A program made the position numbers and the translations under genes. A DNA stretch of 64,000 nucleotides from Eledone cirrhosa (Eukaryota), in the NCBI GenBank assembly GCA_964016885.1, contig OZ024742.1, forward strand, positions 125,922,001 through 125,986,000. Direction: 5' to 3'. This document shows, piece after piece, positions 16,161 through 29,660 of this stretch. Each line of letters opens with the position of its first letter. The first letter of the stretch is position 1. The notes below the pieces were generated by a model. It did no database searches and was not told the DNA's origin. It worked only from the letters and a program-made list of their open reading frames with translations.

Positions 16161-17314
16161 CCACAAAGCATTCTATCCGACGTTCTAACAATTCTTCCAC
16201 TTCGCCGCCTTAGGTGCAGTTGAGAAGCAATATAACCTAATGAGATTTATCTAAATTGGAATTCGGTTATACGACGAGAGGGGATAATAGTATATATTAT
16301 GTATATTATATGACATAAATATATCAGACGAAGAATTGAAAGAATCGTTAGAGCGTATGAGAAATACCTTTAAATCACGGTTTTGTTTGCTTGGTAGATA
16401 TTATCCATCACTCAGTTTAACAGCACAGCCTACACTTGGTTGCCTTTAAGAGAGTACACTCTGTTGTGAGTCTTCGGGCCAGGCATCCAGTTTAAGAAAA
16501 TCTCTGTCCCCTCCCTAACACACAAATTTCGAAGGTCATGAAAAGTATCATTACGACTGCTCTAACACCCTTGATTATACAGTAAACACATGTGAAATTA
16601 ATCCCAAAATCTAATATTCAATAGAAACTTAAAATACTAGATCCGCAGGTTTTTCTGACTCTCTTAATTGCTCTACAACTCTAGATATATAAAATAATTA
16701 AATATATTTAAATATTTATTCAAATATAATTTAATTATAATTAAATGACAGTTAATTTTCTTATCTCGTATTTTAATTAATATTCCCTGAGCTTTTTGCC
16801 TTTGGCATTGTCACTACGCTTCGTTTTAACAAAAACATGTTTAGCTATTTGAAAAGTCTTTTTTTCGCACCACCGTTCATTTTGAAATCCTTCCTTATTT
16901 TGACATATTTATCTCTCCTACAACAACTCTTTCATCTCGTTTGTTATGGAACTTTTGTTTATCTAACAAATTTTAATTGTTTCTTCGAAGGACAAGCTTC
17001 TTCTTACTTCAATTTATATTATTTGAATAATGTGCCGTTCGCAAATATTTCATATTTTGTTTATTTTCTATGGAATAAAAGAAATATGACAACGGATTTA
17101 GCAGATATTTCAAAAAATGTTTTTTTCTTTTACTTTTCTTAAAAGTTCGCTAGTAATCGATTCAAATTTAATTTTCTTCATGTGTAATATCCATGTCAGC
17201 ATTTGTTCTATGTGATTATTTATTCAACGAATCGCTACAGTGTATTTTCAAAAATATTAAATAGTTAAGAGACAAAGATTCCCTTGGATATAACGTTCAT
17301 CATTTGTCAATAAC

Positions 17315-17430
17315 TCTTCTTCTTCTTCTTCTTCTTCTTCTTCTTCTTCTTCTTCTTCTTCTTCTTCTTCTTCTTCTTCTTCTTCTTCTTCTTCTTCTTC
17401 TTCTTCTTCTTCTTCTTCTTCTTCTTCTTC
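17315..17430. repeat. (TTC)n microsatellite
   Basis: Direct observation. Confidence 0.97.
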
Positions 17431-19127
17431 ACCCACTTATTCCTGGGAGGATTGTGAGGAGTAGAGTACTCTAACATTCCATCTGTACTTTGGTGGTATA
17501 CTCAATTCGTCACTCGGTTTAATACCACTACCTAGAATTTGGGGGCCTTTGGATGTGTCCAACCTGTTTCCTGCATTTAAGTCAATTTTTTGATCTGAAA
17601 ATTATTTCCTCACTTCTCCCACCAGTCTCAGATGCCATGATAAATAGTCATTGGTGAGTCCTTTCTTCCTTTGACTAACTAAACAATAGAAAACTAAAAA
17701 GCGATAGCAGAACTTAGCTGAAAGAAGATTTAGTCATAACCATTCTGTCATAAGGGTGATAAACATAGTCTCTCTGGAACATTATCCCTTATGTTTTGAA
17801 GGATATCTGAGACCTATGGGAGGAAGGAGGAAGATCTTGATAAACCCATACCAAAGAGTTTACTAGAATACTTTCAATAGAGCAGATTATACTAAAATGT
17901 ATGCAAGGGCCAATGTATTTTTATTGATAACGATACTTCATAAAACTAATTTCTTTTGGGTAAATATGTTAGGTTTGTACAGTATTTTTAACGTAACTCA
18001 AAGAAATTGAATAAAAAGCAGACATATATAAACACATTAGCGTACACACTCATGCACACATGTGCATACATAAATAACCACTTGCTGGGGAAAGATGTTT
18101 CAGGGAGAGTTTGAATCATTTTTTTATGCCTTTTGTCAAAACCTTTTTAGGTGGACGGAGTTCAATTACCTACACAGTCGCTTGACATACTCGAAATAGT
18201 GGCAAAATCTCCCATGGGATAATATAAATCTAAATACACCGTATAGATCTATATACACGAATATACGACAGTTGTCTAGGCTAGGATGCCTTCATAAATC
18301 CTCTGCTTGATCATGGCTGATCGGGGACTCACAGCAACAACAATAACAACAATAACAGTATAAACAGCAACAGCCTGAAGGACAATAAACTATATGGTAT
18401 GGTAAAAATGTGTGGTATGCTCGATAGGTTTGGTAATTAAATTGTAATGTAGCGATGTAGTACGACAATAATGCAGTACAATAAAAACAGAGGATTTATA
18501 TAATAAGCTATATGAACATATATTTACTATAAATAACTGAACATATAGCACCTCTATGGAGTTCGCCAAGTATTTCGTGGCTGAATGACTTTAGATGACT
18601 TTGTTTGTATTGACAATCTAACATAATTCTTACATTGAACAAAATACTGTCATATTTATCAGAAATGTAATAATGTTTATACACACAAGGAAATATTATA
18701 TTTTATTTTTTCTTTATTTGTTTAGTTTTGTTGCTGTTGTTTTGTTTTGCTTTTGTGGGTTTTTGTGGGGTTTTTTTTTTTTTTGGTTTTGCTTTTTTGG
18801 TTTTTTTGTCAAAAGAATAGTCAGGATTCAGTAATACGAGTGAAATTGTATTAACAAGTGCACATTCTATGTAAATGTCTACAGCTGTCTTAAACAAGCA
18901 CATATTTCAAAAGAATAATATATTGACAATGTCTATATATATATTATGAATTTCCCTTTAAATGGACTGACATAGGCAAGAATGGTGAGACAACTGAAGA
19001 TTAGATTAGAAAGATATACAGTCCTGAATGGTAAAAAAATCCGGGGAAATCTATTCAGTATTCACGGACGTGTAACTGCTCTATTGATTCTAAACTTAAA
19101 CATTAGATCTAAAAGTCTAAAGTATAT

Positions 19128-19382
19128 TTCCAACCCGAAGGCTCATCAGGCCGGTGCTGATCCTGATTTCCGTGGCGTTAAAGCGACTGAGAATACAAAA
19201 CTCCCCATGGACAGAACGCTAGTCTATCCCAAGGTTAAACTCCTAGCTGCTGCTGGTACACATTTTCAGCTGAATATACTGGAGCAAAGTGAAACGAAGT
19301 GTTTTGCTCAACACACAGTCCAGTCCATGAATCGAACCCTTGATATTATGATCGTAAGTACAACACATTTACCACTAGGCCA
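19128..19382 (-). mobile_element. tRNA-derived SINE family S2 (V-domain-like core)
   Basis: Minus strand TGGCCTAGTGG (A box) ... GGTTCGATTC (B box) ... ttgagcaaaacactt...tgctccagt ... gactagcgttctgtcca; homologous to 57238-57470 and to fragments near 22925-23065 and 58475-58585. Confidence 0.7.
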
Positions 19383-20079
19383 AGTACCTTCACTAAACAT
19401 TAGATCGCTCTACTTTATTTCGTTCCTATTCTACCTAACCGAAGTCTTGGATATTGGTTACTCACGTTTTGTTAGTGGAAGTGGGGTTATATATAATTTG
19501 TAATCCAACACGTGAAAAATTCCACAAAACATTTACCTACCTATATATTTTGGCCATAAAAGATATGCCGTCAGTGAAGATAAATTAAGAACGGTAAAAG
19601 ATTTATCGAATAAACATAGGAATTTATCATCGGCTATTTGTAGTTTTCTCAGTTATTTACCAATCATTTTCTGATTGATCGAACTCTGTTGACCGGCGTG
19701 TGTGTAAAGATAATATAACTCTTCAATATAAAGTCATCAAAGTTGTCAGGCTTGATTAATCTAGCGATTTATCGCTAACCTCCATTAGAGATACGGTAAA
19801 TACCGAGTGGTTTTAGCGAAATGATAAGTTGATTGTTTATTATTATTATCATTATTATTATTGTTGTTGTCGTTGTTGTCGTTGTTGTTTTTGTTTTGTT
19901 GTCTTATTCTTGTTCTTATTCTTGTTCTTGTTGCTTGTACATAGCCCATTGTTTCATGAAATGAATGGAAAGATATTGAGTTTCATCTTATATTGTTTTA
20001 CTAAACTGTAAAGAAAAGCGATGTTTGTGGATTATATATATATGTGTATTTATGTATATACATGTATGTGTGTGTGTGT

Positions 20080-20120
<41 letters not shown>

Positions 20121-20128
<8 letters not shown>

Positions 20129-20396
20129 AATAATATAACAAGGACGATTGGTTACTCCTTCATTACGTTTATTGGTTGGTGACGCGCGTTTCGCCACTGA
20201 CCAGCTCATGGTTCGATCTGTATCGATCTGACCTGACTCTGTAATCCGCGGCTCGTCAGACCCCTTGTAATGTTACAGAGTCAGGTCAGATCGATACAGA
20301 TCGAACCATGAGCTGGTCAGTGGCGAAACGCGCGTCACCAACCAATAAACGTAATGAAGGAGTAACCAATCGTCCTTGTTATCTTATTTAACTATA
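20121..20396. repeat. Inverted pLTR-type duplication (family E)
   Basis: ~20121-20244 is the reverse complement of ~20273-20396, with a 28-nt spacer; embedded in (TA)n. Confidence 0.9.
20178..20262 (-). ncRNA. Hammerhead ribozyme family E with ~50-nt loop II
   Basis: GGT-CTGACGA-GCCGC...(50 nt)...GTGGC-GAAA-CGCGCG-TC/ACC; canonical core, GUC site, palindromic stem III. Confidence 0.78.
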
Positions 20397-20508
20397 ATAC
20401 ACTCTGTATAGCTCTACACCTCGACACTGAAGTGAACCTAAACATCGAGTGCTCACCCGGGTGAACCTACAGTAACTCCAAGTTACACTCCCTGGATATA
20501 CATATATA

Positions 20509-20549
<41 letters not shown>

Positions 20550-20571
20550 ATTTATTAAAATAACATATTAA

Positions 20572-20616
20572 AGTTTAAGCAAAGAGCTTTCACCCTTAAC
20601 GAGATCTTCTGAAACT
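20572..20616 (-). ncRNA. Hammerhead-like motif family F (CAGAAGA core)
   Basis: AGTTT-CAGAAGA-TCTC(gttaa)GGGT-GAAA-GC(tcttt)GC-TT/AAACT. Related partial copies lie at ~13208-13265 and in the palindrome 22064-22192. Confidence 0.6.
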
Positions 20617-21066
20617 AAAAAATCAATTTGTGAACGCAGAAGTAAATATTTCAAAAAACGTTGCAACCGAAGGAAGACAGGAAGACGATACTTTGGTTCG
20701 TGAAGACGTTCCCTGGCAAAGAACGGAAAAAACGAAGATAATACGTTATTATTTGGAGCTGTGAAAACAAATACACGGAAAGACAAAACCACGTTTATGG
20801 TATAAATGAAGTCGTAGACTAAAATTCTATTTAGGAAACCGAATGATTCTCGGCTTCAGAGTTAGGAATAAATAAATTACAGAGGTAATTGTAATTAAAT
20901 ATATACATACACATGCATACTCGAAAACACCCGCCATGGGTATGCAAATACATGCATGTACACAAAAAAATCACGCACGCACATACAGAACCCACGCAAC
21001 GCCTGTACCCGCAAACATACGAACGTATACACCAAAACACATAAAAATATATATAAAAAAATATAT

Positions 21067-21142
<76 letters not shown>

Positions 21143-21822
21143 TACAATAACAGAGATAGTTTAAAGCTAAACTCTGACTGGTAACCATCTCACTCAACAA
21201 ACATTAGGTTATATTTTAATATAAACCCAATTTAAGTGTTTGGGGTGCTAACAATATGTATTATGTGGAAAAGCCAGTTGTATTATTTTATGAGATATAA
21301 TTAAAGTTAAAATACATCTCTCTTTCCAAACAATTGTTTCATTATAAGTTTTCTACAAATTGGGAGAATATTTCCAGTTTATGTAGAAGCCTAATATACA
21401 TTCATGTAAGAATATATTTAGGTGGGAGCTTATAAATCATCAGTGGAAGCCCATTAAACTTTGATATAAGAAAAAAATTCTTACCGCAGTTAAAATTCGT
21501 GTGTTAAGTTGTTCCTTATCGCATCGAATGACTGCCAAATTTGAAATTCTAGCAGTTTTTGACTGAGGAAGTATTATAGCGTCACTAAGCGGGAAGGGGA
21601 GACAACTACGATTCACGAAAGGAGGAAAAAAAATAATATACACGCAGGTTAATCAGTTTTTTCGAAAACATTATCAATCCAACGTGTTAAGAACTCAATT
21701 GAAATTAAAAAAATAAATATATGCGTGTATAAATTACACACGCATATAGATATTTTCCTAGGCTAAAATCAGAGGTTGTACCTGAATAAGAAATATATAT
21801 AGTAATTGTTTCTACTTTAGGC

Positions 21823-21987
21823 ACAAGGCCAGCAATTACCCAGTGCATTACTGGTACTTTATTTTATCGACCCCGTAAGGATGAAAGGCAAAGTCAACCT
21901 CGGCGGGATTTGAACTCAGATCATAAAGGGACGTAACTATGCTGGAAAGCATGGCGTCCGACCCTCTCCTGATACTGCCAATCCACC
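21823..21987 (-). mobile_element. tRNA-derived SINE S1
   Basis: Family match; TSD atagtaat. Confidence 0.88.
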
Positions 21988-22063
21988 ATAGTAATAATAA
22001 TAAATTTGATGACTAAAATCCAAGGATAAATATATATCAAAAATATAAGAACCGTAGAGCAAA

Positions 22064-22184
22064 TATTTATTAAAATAACAGATTAAAGTTTAAGCAAACA
22101 ATCGCTGCTTTCACCCTTAACGGGATCTTGAAGATCCCGTTAAGGGTGAAAGCAGCGATTCTTTACTTAAACTTTAATCTGTTA

Positions 22185-22192
<8 letters not shown>
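22064..22192. repeat. Palindromic duplication of the family F HHR 3' half
   Basis: Centred on cgggatctt-g-aagatcccg; arms ~60 bp. Confidence 0.85.
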
Positions 22193-22233
<41 letters not shown>

Positions 22234-22687
22234 TATAAACAGTATATATATTTATTTATTTATTTATACATATATATATCATCTTGATGATTTCTTACAA
22301 ATGAAACAGTTCTGTATATATGATGTCTATAATAGAATAAATACATAAGTGTGTGTCTGTGTCTGTGTGTGGGGGGGGGGTCTGTGTGTGCCTGTGTGTG
22401 TGTGTCTGTGTATGTGTGTTCATAGAAAATATAGAAGTTCCAGACGCAGAAAATAACTGCAAACACAGTCGAATATAATAAATAATAGCTTATCGGTTAA
22501 ATTTCCCTGCGAACACAGTTACTTTCTGCGCCTGGGACTCCTAACATTTTCTATGAATTGTATACCTACCCAAAGCTTCCATACTTCGATACTTTGCAGA
22601 TATATATTCTGAGAAAATACTTGTTGGTTTGGAATAAATTACCTGACAGTTGCAGTCAGTTGTTTGAAATTGATATATATATATATA

Positions 22688-22890
22688 TCATCATCATCAT
22701 CATTTCATTTTACGTCCACTTTTCCCTGCTTGCAAGGGTGGGACGGGAACTGATTCTGGCTTGATTTCTACAGCTGGATGCACCAACCTCATTTACCGTG
22801 AGAGCTGGGTGCTTTTTACCGTGGCGCCTACACGTCCACTTTACAGTGTGGGCTGGGTGCTTTTTTGCCGTGGCACCTCCACGACCACTT
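22688..22890 (-). mobile_element. Short RTE-type 3' end with (GAT)n tail
   Basis: Reverse complement resembles the 36150-36343 3' UTR (cccttgcaagc...tggacgtaaa...(gat)n). Confidence 0.6.
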
Positions 22891-23066
22891 TTGCAGTGGA
22901 ATGATAGGGACCCCAGTCCTATCATCTCATTTCTACAGCTGAGTAAACTGGAGCAATGTGAAATAAAGCGTCTTGCTCAAGGAAACAACACATCACCATA
23001 TATATATGGAGGCACATGGCTTAGTGGTTAGAGCATTGGCCTTGCAATCGAAAGGGTGAGTTCAAT

Positions 23067-23142
<76 letters not shown>

Positions 23143-23889
23143 AAATTGGAAATAGCACAGAAAATATATTTAAGGATCTGTTTTTCTTTTTTTCTTTTTT
23201 TTTTTCCTTTTCTTTGATTCGTAAAAGTGACATTATTGAAAAAATGAGAGGAACAATTCTTTTAAAAAAGAGTTTTATAATGTATATAAAATATGTAAAG
23301 TATAACCGGTTTCGATGTATTAGTAAAATCCATCTTATCAAATGTTGAGTATTACAATTAAAAAGAATTAATAAGATTAGAAATTAAAATTTAAAGACTT
23401 AAAATTAAGTGTTTGGGTAAGTTTTTTCATTTTCCTTGTTGAGAAGGAGACTGGAAAATGGAATCTTGAGAGAGAGGTAGTCATGGTAGTAGCAGCAGCA
23501 GTTGTGGTAGTTGTGCTTTATCACACAGAACAAAATTGTTTTTAGGGAGAGGGAGGTTTTCTGTAAATATGTATGTGTATCTCAATTGTTTTAATGGACT
23601 GATGAAGAGTTCATATGGGGGTGACGAAGAGGGGAAATGTAAGCTAGAGAGAAATTCTATGGGTGAGAGAGGTAAATGGGATTGGCAAAAGTAGGGTTGT
23701 AAAAGAAATTCTATTTTTGGAATATGGTTTTTGAGAGTATGAGTGTGTATGTGTGAGAATTTATATATAAACACTATTTTTTATAGAACCGTACTTCCCT
23801 TTTAAAATATATATATGTGTGTGCGTGTGTGTGTGCACGTATGTATATATGCAAAAGTATCGATGGAAACTCAATCTTCTTTCATCAAA

Positions 23890-24077
23890 TAATTGTTTCT
23901 ACTTTAGGCACAAGGCCAGCAATTATCCAGTGCATTACTGGTACTTTATTTTATCGACCCCGTAAGGATGAAAGGCAAAGTCAACCTCGGCGGGATTTGA
24001 ACTCAGATCGTAAAGGGACGTAACTATGCTGGAAAGCATGGCGTCCGACCCTCTACCGATACTGCCAATCCACCGCC
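23890..24077 (-). mobile_element. Full-length tRNA-derived SINE S1 with 23-bp TSD
   Basis: A box TGGCAGTATCGG, B box GAGTTCAAATC; cttctttcatcaaataattgttt at both 23876-23898 and 24078-24100. Confidence 0.93.
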
Positions 24078-25035
24078 CTTCTTTCATCAAATAATTGTTT
24101 GTAATCTCTTACAAATGTTTCGAATGAACTGTACCTCGAATTATTCAAATGTTTGAAAATACATTTTACATCTTCATCAATGTAATAGATATCAATTTCG
24201 GATCCAGACTTCACCCTCGTCAATCGTAATAATTAATCACTGAAAATATTTTTTACCTTTAGCATGGGATATTTTAAATAATTCTTCATCATAATGACCA
24301 AGAGAATATACACTGAATTAATTTTTTTTCGGGTTTTGTCAAATTCTCGAATATTCATTGTTGCCATTTTGTGTAGAAAATATATTAACGGCTGAACCGT
24401 GTAAGGGAGATAATTTATGGAAATTTGCATAGAGATTTATTTCCCGGAATAAATAAACTAGTTTTATAAAGGACAAACTCCACCTCCCTAAATTACAACT
24501 AATTAACGGGGACACTAGCAGATATAACTAGATGTGGACATATTTGTGTTTAAATTAATATTTCCCTAAAAACTCTCATATTCTCATTTGCTCAAGTATA
24601 TTTACAGACACATATACTCATAATAAGTAGAAAAACTATATATAAAAGTGCTGTGATGTAAAAACACCAGTGTTGCTGAATATACAAACGATAGCTGATA
24701 TATCTATGTACGCCTAGGGACAAATATCTATTTCATGTTAAATGTTTATAAGCGTATATTTCCAATTATGTATCACCTTGGATTAGGCCAACAAGATTAG
24801 GACAAGCTTATAATTGCCTCCCTAGGTCATAATTAATCAGCAGGAACACTATTTGATACAAGCAGAAATAGACATAGTCACGTTTCTATAGATTACTTTT
24901 CAGTGTAGTTCTATGATACTCCTATTTTCTAAACCAAACTCATAGACTCATAAATGCACATTATCTATATATAAATTTGAGCCACTTCCGTCCGTCGCAA
25001 AATGTGAATGTGTGTGTTTGTGTGAATGTATGTGT

Positions 25036-25235
25036 GTGTAAAAAGAAGGACGGGGGTGGTGAAATAAACTATAGCAAAACAGCGGCTGGCGTTCCATTTG
25101 CTGCGCTGTGTGTATGAGTGTATGTTTGTGTAAATGTATGTGTGTGAATGTATGTATGTGTAAAAGGAAGGACGGGGATGGTGAAATAAACTATAGCAAA
25201 ATACCGGCTGGCGTTCCATTTGCTGCGCTGTGTGT
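25036..25235. repeat. Tandem duplication with ~121-bp period within TG-rich repeats
   Basis: gtaaaa..gaaggacgggg.tggtgaaataaactatagcaaaa...cggctggcgttccatttgctgcgctg occurs twice. Confidence 0.85.
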
Positions 25236-26302
25236 GTGTGTGTGTGAGTGTATGTGTATGTGTGTGTTTGTGCAAATGTATGTGTGTGTGTGTTTGTGTG
25301 AATGTATGTGTGTGTGTTTGGGTGAATGGGTGTGTATTTGTGTGAATGTATGTCTGTGAGTGTCTATTTTTGTAAGTGTGTCTGTATTTGAGTGTTTATA
25401 TTTATATACTCATACCATATAAATGTATGTATATGCACATACTCATACGCACACACATATACACACACACACACATACGTATCAGCGTGTTGAAAAATTC
25501 TAGTGTGAAAAAAACAATATATGTGCTGAGATATAAATACACTACTGCTCTTGAACCTACAAATTATATAGATGTATACCCTGAGATATAACTATACAAT
25601 TGTACCTGAATCTATAACCTATGACATTATTTTACCTATGCCCAGGGTTACAAATAAACATAATTCTTTAACTATACTCAGGACCACAAAAAATACTTCT
25701 TATTAAATTCCTTTATATATTCGTATGATTATATATTACTAACCTTATAAGTATACAGAATTCAGATGCAAATACTCACCAAGGTACATATGCACTCACC
25801 TGAGAATGTGTATATCTATATACCCCCATGTAGATACACGCACGCATGCACACACATATATACAAACGCATGTGTCGTCAAGTATGAAATTTGTAGAAAT
25901 TTGTAGAAAAAAAACAGATTTCTACAAATGGCATACTTGATGACCCAATATTTCCTCATACACACAGGCACACACATACACATACAAACATATACCCAGA
26001 TGCACATGTATAAATATACGCGTGTATTCTCATTCATTTCAGACCTAAGGAATACAGACAGAGTTAAGGAACTGAAAACAAAGGAGTAAGAAAGGGGGTC
26101 TACAGGTGGCATGCTTAGGGAATATGCGGATCTCAAAGTATGATAATATATTCTATTGGTCCCTATACTTATGATAAGCTCCATATTTAAGGTAAACAGC
26201 CAATGCTAAGAAAACAGTAAACAAATGAGTAAGAAAAGAGGAATACAAATGGGATGTAGGGTAATCTAAGAAGGATCATATATCGATCATTGCAAATGAT
26301 CA

Positions 26303-26482
26303 TAATTGTTTCTACTATTGGCACAAGGCCAGAAATTTCACCAGTAAATTACTGGTACTTTATTTTATCGACCTCGTAAGGATGAAAGGCAAAGTTAACC
26401 TCGGCGGGATTTGAACTCAGAATTGCAAGGGCCGTAACTCTATGCGTCAAAGTATGGCGTCCGAACCTCTACCGATACTGCC
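26303..26482 (-). mobile_element. tRNA-derived SINE S1 with 14-bp TSD
   Basis: caaatgatcataat at 26293 and 26482. Confidence 0.88.
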
Positions 26483-26847
26483 AAATGATCATAATAATAG
26501 TCGATCGCTATTAAAAATAGTTGAGAGAATCGGGTGAATATTCCCAAGAAAGGCAACTCGTTATTGTAGTAGTTAATACACTCACCCTGCATCCGAAAGA
26601 TGTGGGGTTCGATTCTTCCTATGCACTTCTGCCCACATTTACTGTCACAGAGCTACTTTATCCGATTTTTTTTTACTATTTGTTATGTATTAAAGTAATT
26701 TACATTAGTAGGCGTATATTTCAAATTTCTAATTTTCCCTATCCTTCTTAAGTCAACCATTTTGATTACATTTGTTAAATAACTGACTGAACATGTACAT
26801 GTTATTTATCGTTTCCCTATCTTTCTATTCTTTTATTTCTCATTTCA

Positions 26848-26883
26848 TCTTCTGATGAAGGGGTAGCGTCCGAAACGTTAAGA
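26848..26883 (+). ncRNA. Minimal hammerhead ribozyme family G
   Basis: TCTT-CTGATGA-AGGG(gtagcg)TCC-GAAAC-GTT/AAGA; loopless palindromic ACGT stem III (PLE dimer type), GUU site. Confidence 0.72.
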
Positions 26884-27467
26884 CACTTTTCTTACTATAT
26901 CAATCGTAAAACTAATATATTAGTTTTGTATTGTTTGCTTTGATGTTTTCCGTTTACTTATATAAGGAAAAGAAATCGAAAATGCAACTGGAGTCTTTTT
27001 AAAAATATTTATTTATCTCCATTACCGGTTTCATAGTTCTTATGATTTTCAAAAGTACACTTGAGATGGAGGATATGTGGTTTCTCTCGCATCTGGTTCG
27101 TGTTTGAAAGTTATTCCTGCTTTATGTGGAAAGAGTGGCTCGAATTGCTGGGCGGGGGAGGGGGTAAAGTAATTTGGTTGAACTATTTCTCCCCCTACCA
27201 TTTCTTGACCATTAACTTTTCTTTGGCACAAAACTTTCTATGACTAACCATCCTTCTCTGGCACCTATATTATAAGGCGAATCATGTGACTGTGAGAATG
27301 GTAATAAAGAACCCTCAAACAAGAACTGGCGCGAAATTTGATGTATTTATTCACATGACCGTAATCAACCAATAAAATTATACTTATAAAACAACAACAA
27401 TTTGATCCACATTTTTTTAGACGAATACAATAAGAACTCCGGAACACGAACTGGCGCGAAATGTATT

Positions 27468-29138
27468 GTATTTCAGGAAGACAGTCTCTCTGTGATATTA
27501 TTCATCTTGTCATTAAACCCCTTGTCCTTTCTGCTCAAGAAATGTGAGGGATACATCATTGGCTCACAGGAGGACAGAAATACGAACCTAACCCATAACT
27601 TCTTTGTGGACGATCTGAAACTCTATGCCAAGAACATGGATGGGATGAAGAAAAATCTTGACCTAGTTACAACGTTCCCAAAGGATATAGGAATGGAGTT
27701 TGGCCAAGATAAATGCTCATACATGACTGTAAAGCGGGGGAAAACAACAACCCAATCTAGCAACATTGTCATCAGTGGCTTAACTGTTTCACCGTTATCT
27801 GATGAGGACTGCTACAGATACCTGGGGATAGATGAGAACATATCCTATAATGGTATCTGTAATAAAGAACGCGTAACCAGGAAATACTACACCCGATTAA
27901 TAAAGATCTGGTCATCGGAACTCTCTGCGCAAAACAAAACGGTGGTTCACAATGTGTTTGCTGTGCCTGTCCTAACACCAACGTTTGGAATACTGAATTG
28001 GAAGATAGACGAAATCCGAGCAGTTGATGTTGGAACTCGAAAAATACTAAACAACACCGGAAACTTCCACATCAACAGTGACATAGAGCGCCTTTACTTG
28101 AAACGTAAGCCGGGAGGCAGAGGCCTAACATCAGTCCAGACAACATTTGAATGTCGCATCATATGTCTCCGACAACATCTACGAACCTCGAAGCGTAGGA
28201 GTCCCATTCTTGAGCAAGTCTATCTGTATGAAACAGATAAGATCATGAGAGTTGGGAAGGAACTCCTCGAGAGATATTCTCTGTGTGATAATCAAAACTC
28301 ACACCCAGGGAAGTCGCTCAGCAGTATCGCAGTGAATCCATGGATAAAAAAACTGCATGCTTATCAGCAAAAAATCATGCTTGGATATGTTGCCAAGAAG
28401 CTCCAGAGTGAGAGTAATATAGATAAGGAAAATAGTCTATCTTGGACCAAAACCGCTATATTGGCTCCCACTTTGAAGGATACGCTTTTGCAATCCAAGA
28501 ACAGGAGATTAACACCAAATACCTGATTCACAAAAGAGATAGGGATGCAGGCAAAACACCTAGATGTGATAACAAGTGCAGACTCTGCAGAACTAACATC
28601 GAGGATATCACCCATGTCATCAGCAGCTGTCCAAAGATGTCATCGCGGTACTATCTACCTATGAGGCATGATGTAGTGGCCAAAACACTGTACAATGCAG
28701 TTCGTAAAAAAGATAGCCCCGATAATAAACACATTAAAAGCTACAGCAATGTGGAAGACATCCATGTACATAATATGAAAGAGTACTGGTGGAATGTTCC
28801 AGTAAAAACCCCAATAAAATGCAGGCATAGTAGACCAGATATTATAAGATGGGACAGGGAGAAGAAAACATGCACAGTAGTGGAAATTAGCTGCCCAGCA
28901 GATGCCAATATAATATCCAGGATTAGCGAAAAGGAGAATATTTATGCAGAACTGATGAGAAATCTGCAGATACTCCACCCTGATTTATGCCTGGGATTAT
29001 TGGGGCACTGGGGTATGTTAGTAACTGCCTCAATACAAATCTTGAGAAGCTAGGCTTCACAGGAATAGAAAGAACACAACTAGTTAGGAAATTACAAGTA
29101 CAATCCATTAATGGAACAGTAAAAATATGTAAAATATT
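27468..29138 (+). pseudogene. Internal fragment of the R4/Dong-like LINE (RT C-half, CCHC finger, RLE)
   Basis: Very similar to 43102-44781: FQEDSLS, HNFFVDDLKLY, YRYLG, CRLC..ITHVISSC..RHD, RPDII..VVEIS; lacks both the 5' part and the 3' UTR. Confidence 0.92.
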
Positions 29139-29660
29139 TCTTTCTTTGAGCTATTTAACTGTAAAAGACTATTTTGAGTTTATATTCTCGGCTCCATACG
29201 TAGAGCTAATTTTTAGTCCCATAAAACCGGCTGCTATTTTTAGCGGCACGAGTATGGCACGAGCTAGGCGCTGTGACACATGTGCATTCAACAACAAATT
29301 TCTCTCAGTCTTCTTAAGTATTTTGAAATGAAACTTACCAATTTCTGGATACCCGCAGAAGAGCACGGGAATAGTAACTTTCACTTAATTGTTGCGAAAC
29401 AAATTTAAAATTTGTCCGGGTATCACGGCTATTGCCAATATAGGTTTGTTTTTATTGATTTATTATTTTAAATCGTGACAGGCAAACCGTATTATTTTAA
29501 TTAGTATTTTTCAATCTAGCTAACTTGGTCATTTGCAATGAGAACACATGTATACTTGTATCAGTGTTTATCCCTATCATATATTCATTTGTATTACACG
29601 GCTCGGAAATATTCATTTCTTTGAGCTATTTAATTGTAAAAGACTATTTTGAGTTTATAA
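29133..29660 (+). mobile_element. Retrozyme-like unit family H (~475-bp period, terminal direct repeat)
   Basis: tttctttgagctatttaa.tgtaaaagactatttt.gagtttata at ~29141 and ~29616; HHR inside; 3' end followed by (TA)n. Confidence 0.72.
29348..29424 (+). ncRNA. Hammerhead ribozyme family H (CAGAAGA core variant)
   Basis: GATACCCG-CAGAAGA-GCA...TGC-GAAA-CAAATT(taa)AATTTG-TC/CGGGTATC; 8-bp stem I, 7-bp stem III, GUC site. Confidence 0.75.

Noticed and set aside
19126-19155. CTGATGA-GCC..GG..GAAA at the 3' end of SINE S2 (also ~57436-57465) as a hammerhead
   Set aside because: Extra nucleotides precede GAAA and there is no stem I or NUH closure; more likely a LINE-derived 3' stem-loop.
18982-19503. 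173-aa ORF as a host gene
   Set aside because: It largely spans an antisense SINE S2 copy and has no recognisable domain.
24100-24950. Possible very decayed PLE RT on the minus strand
   Set aside because: Only faint motif echoes, not distinguishable from chance without a profile search.
26560-26625. tRNA gene candidates (also 23015-23068 and 58478-58542)
   Set aside because: A and B boxes only, with no complete cloverleaf; these are SINE heads.
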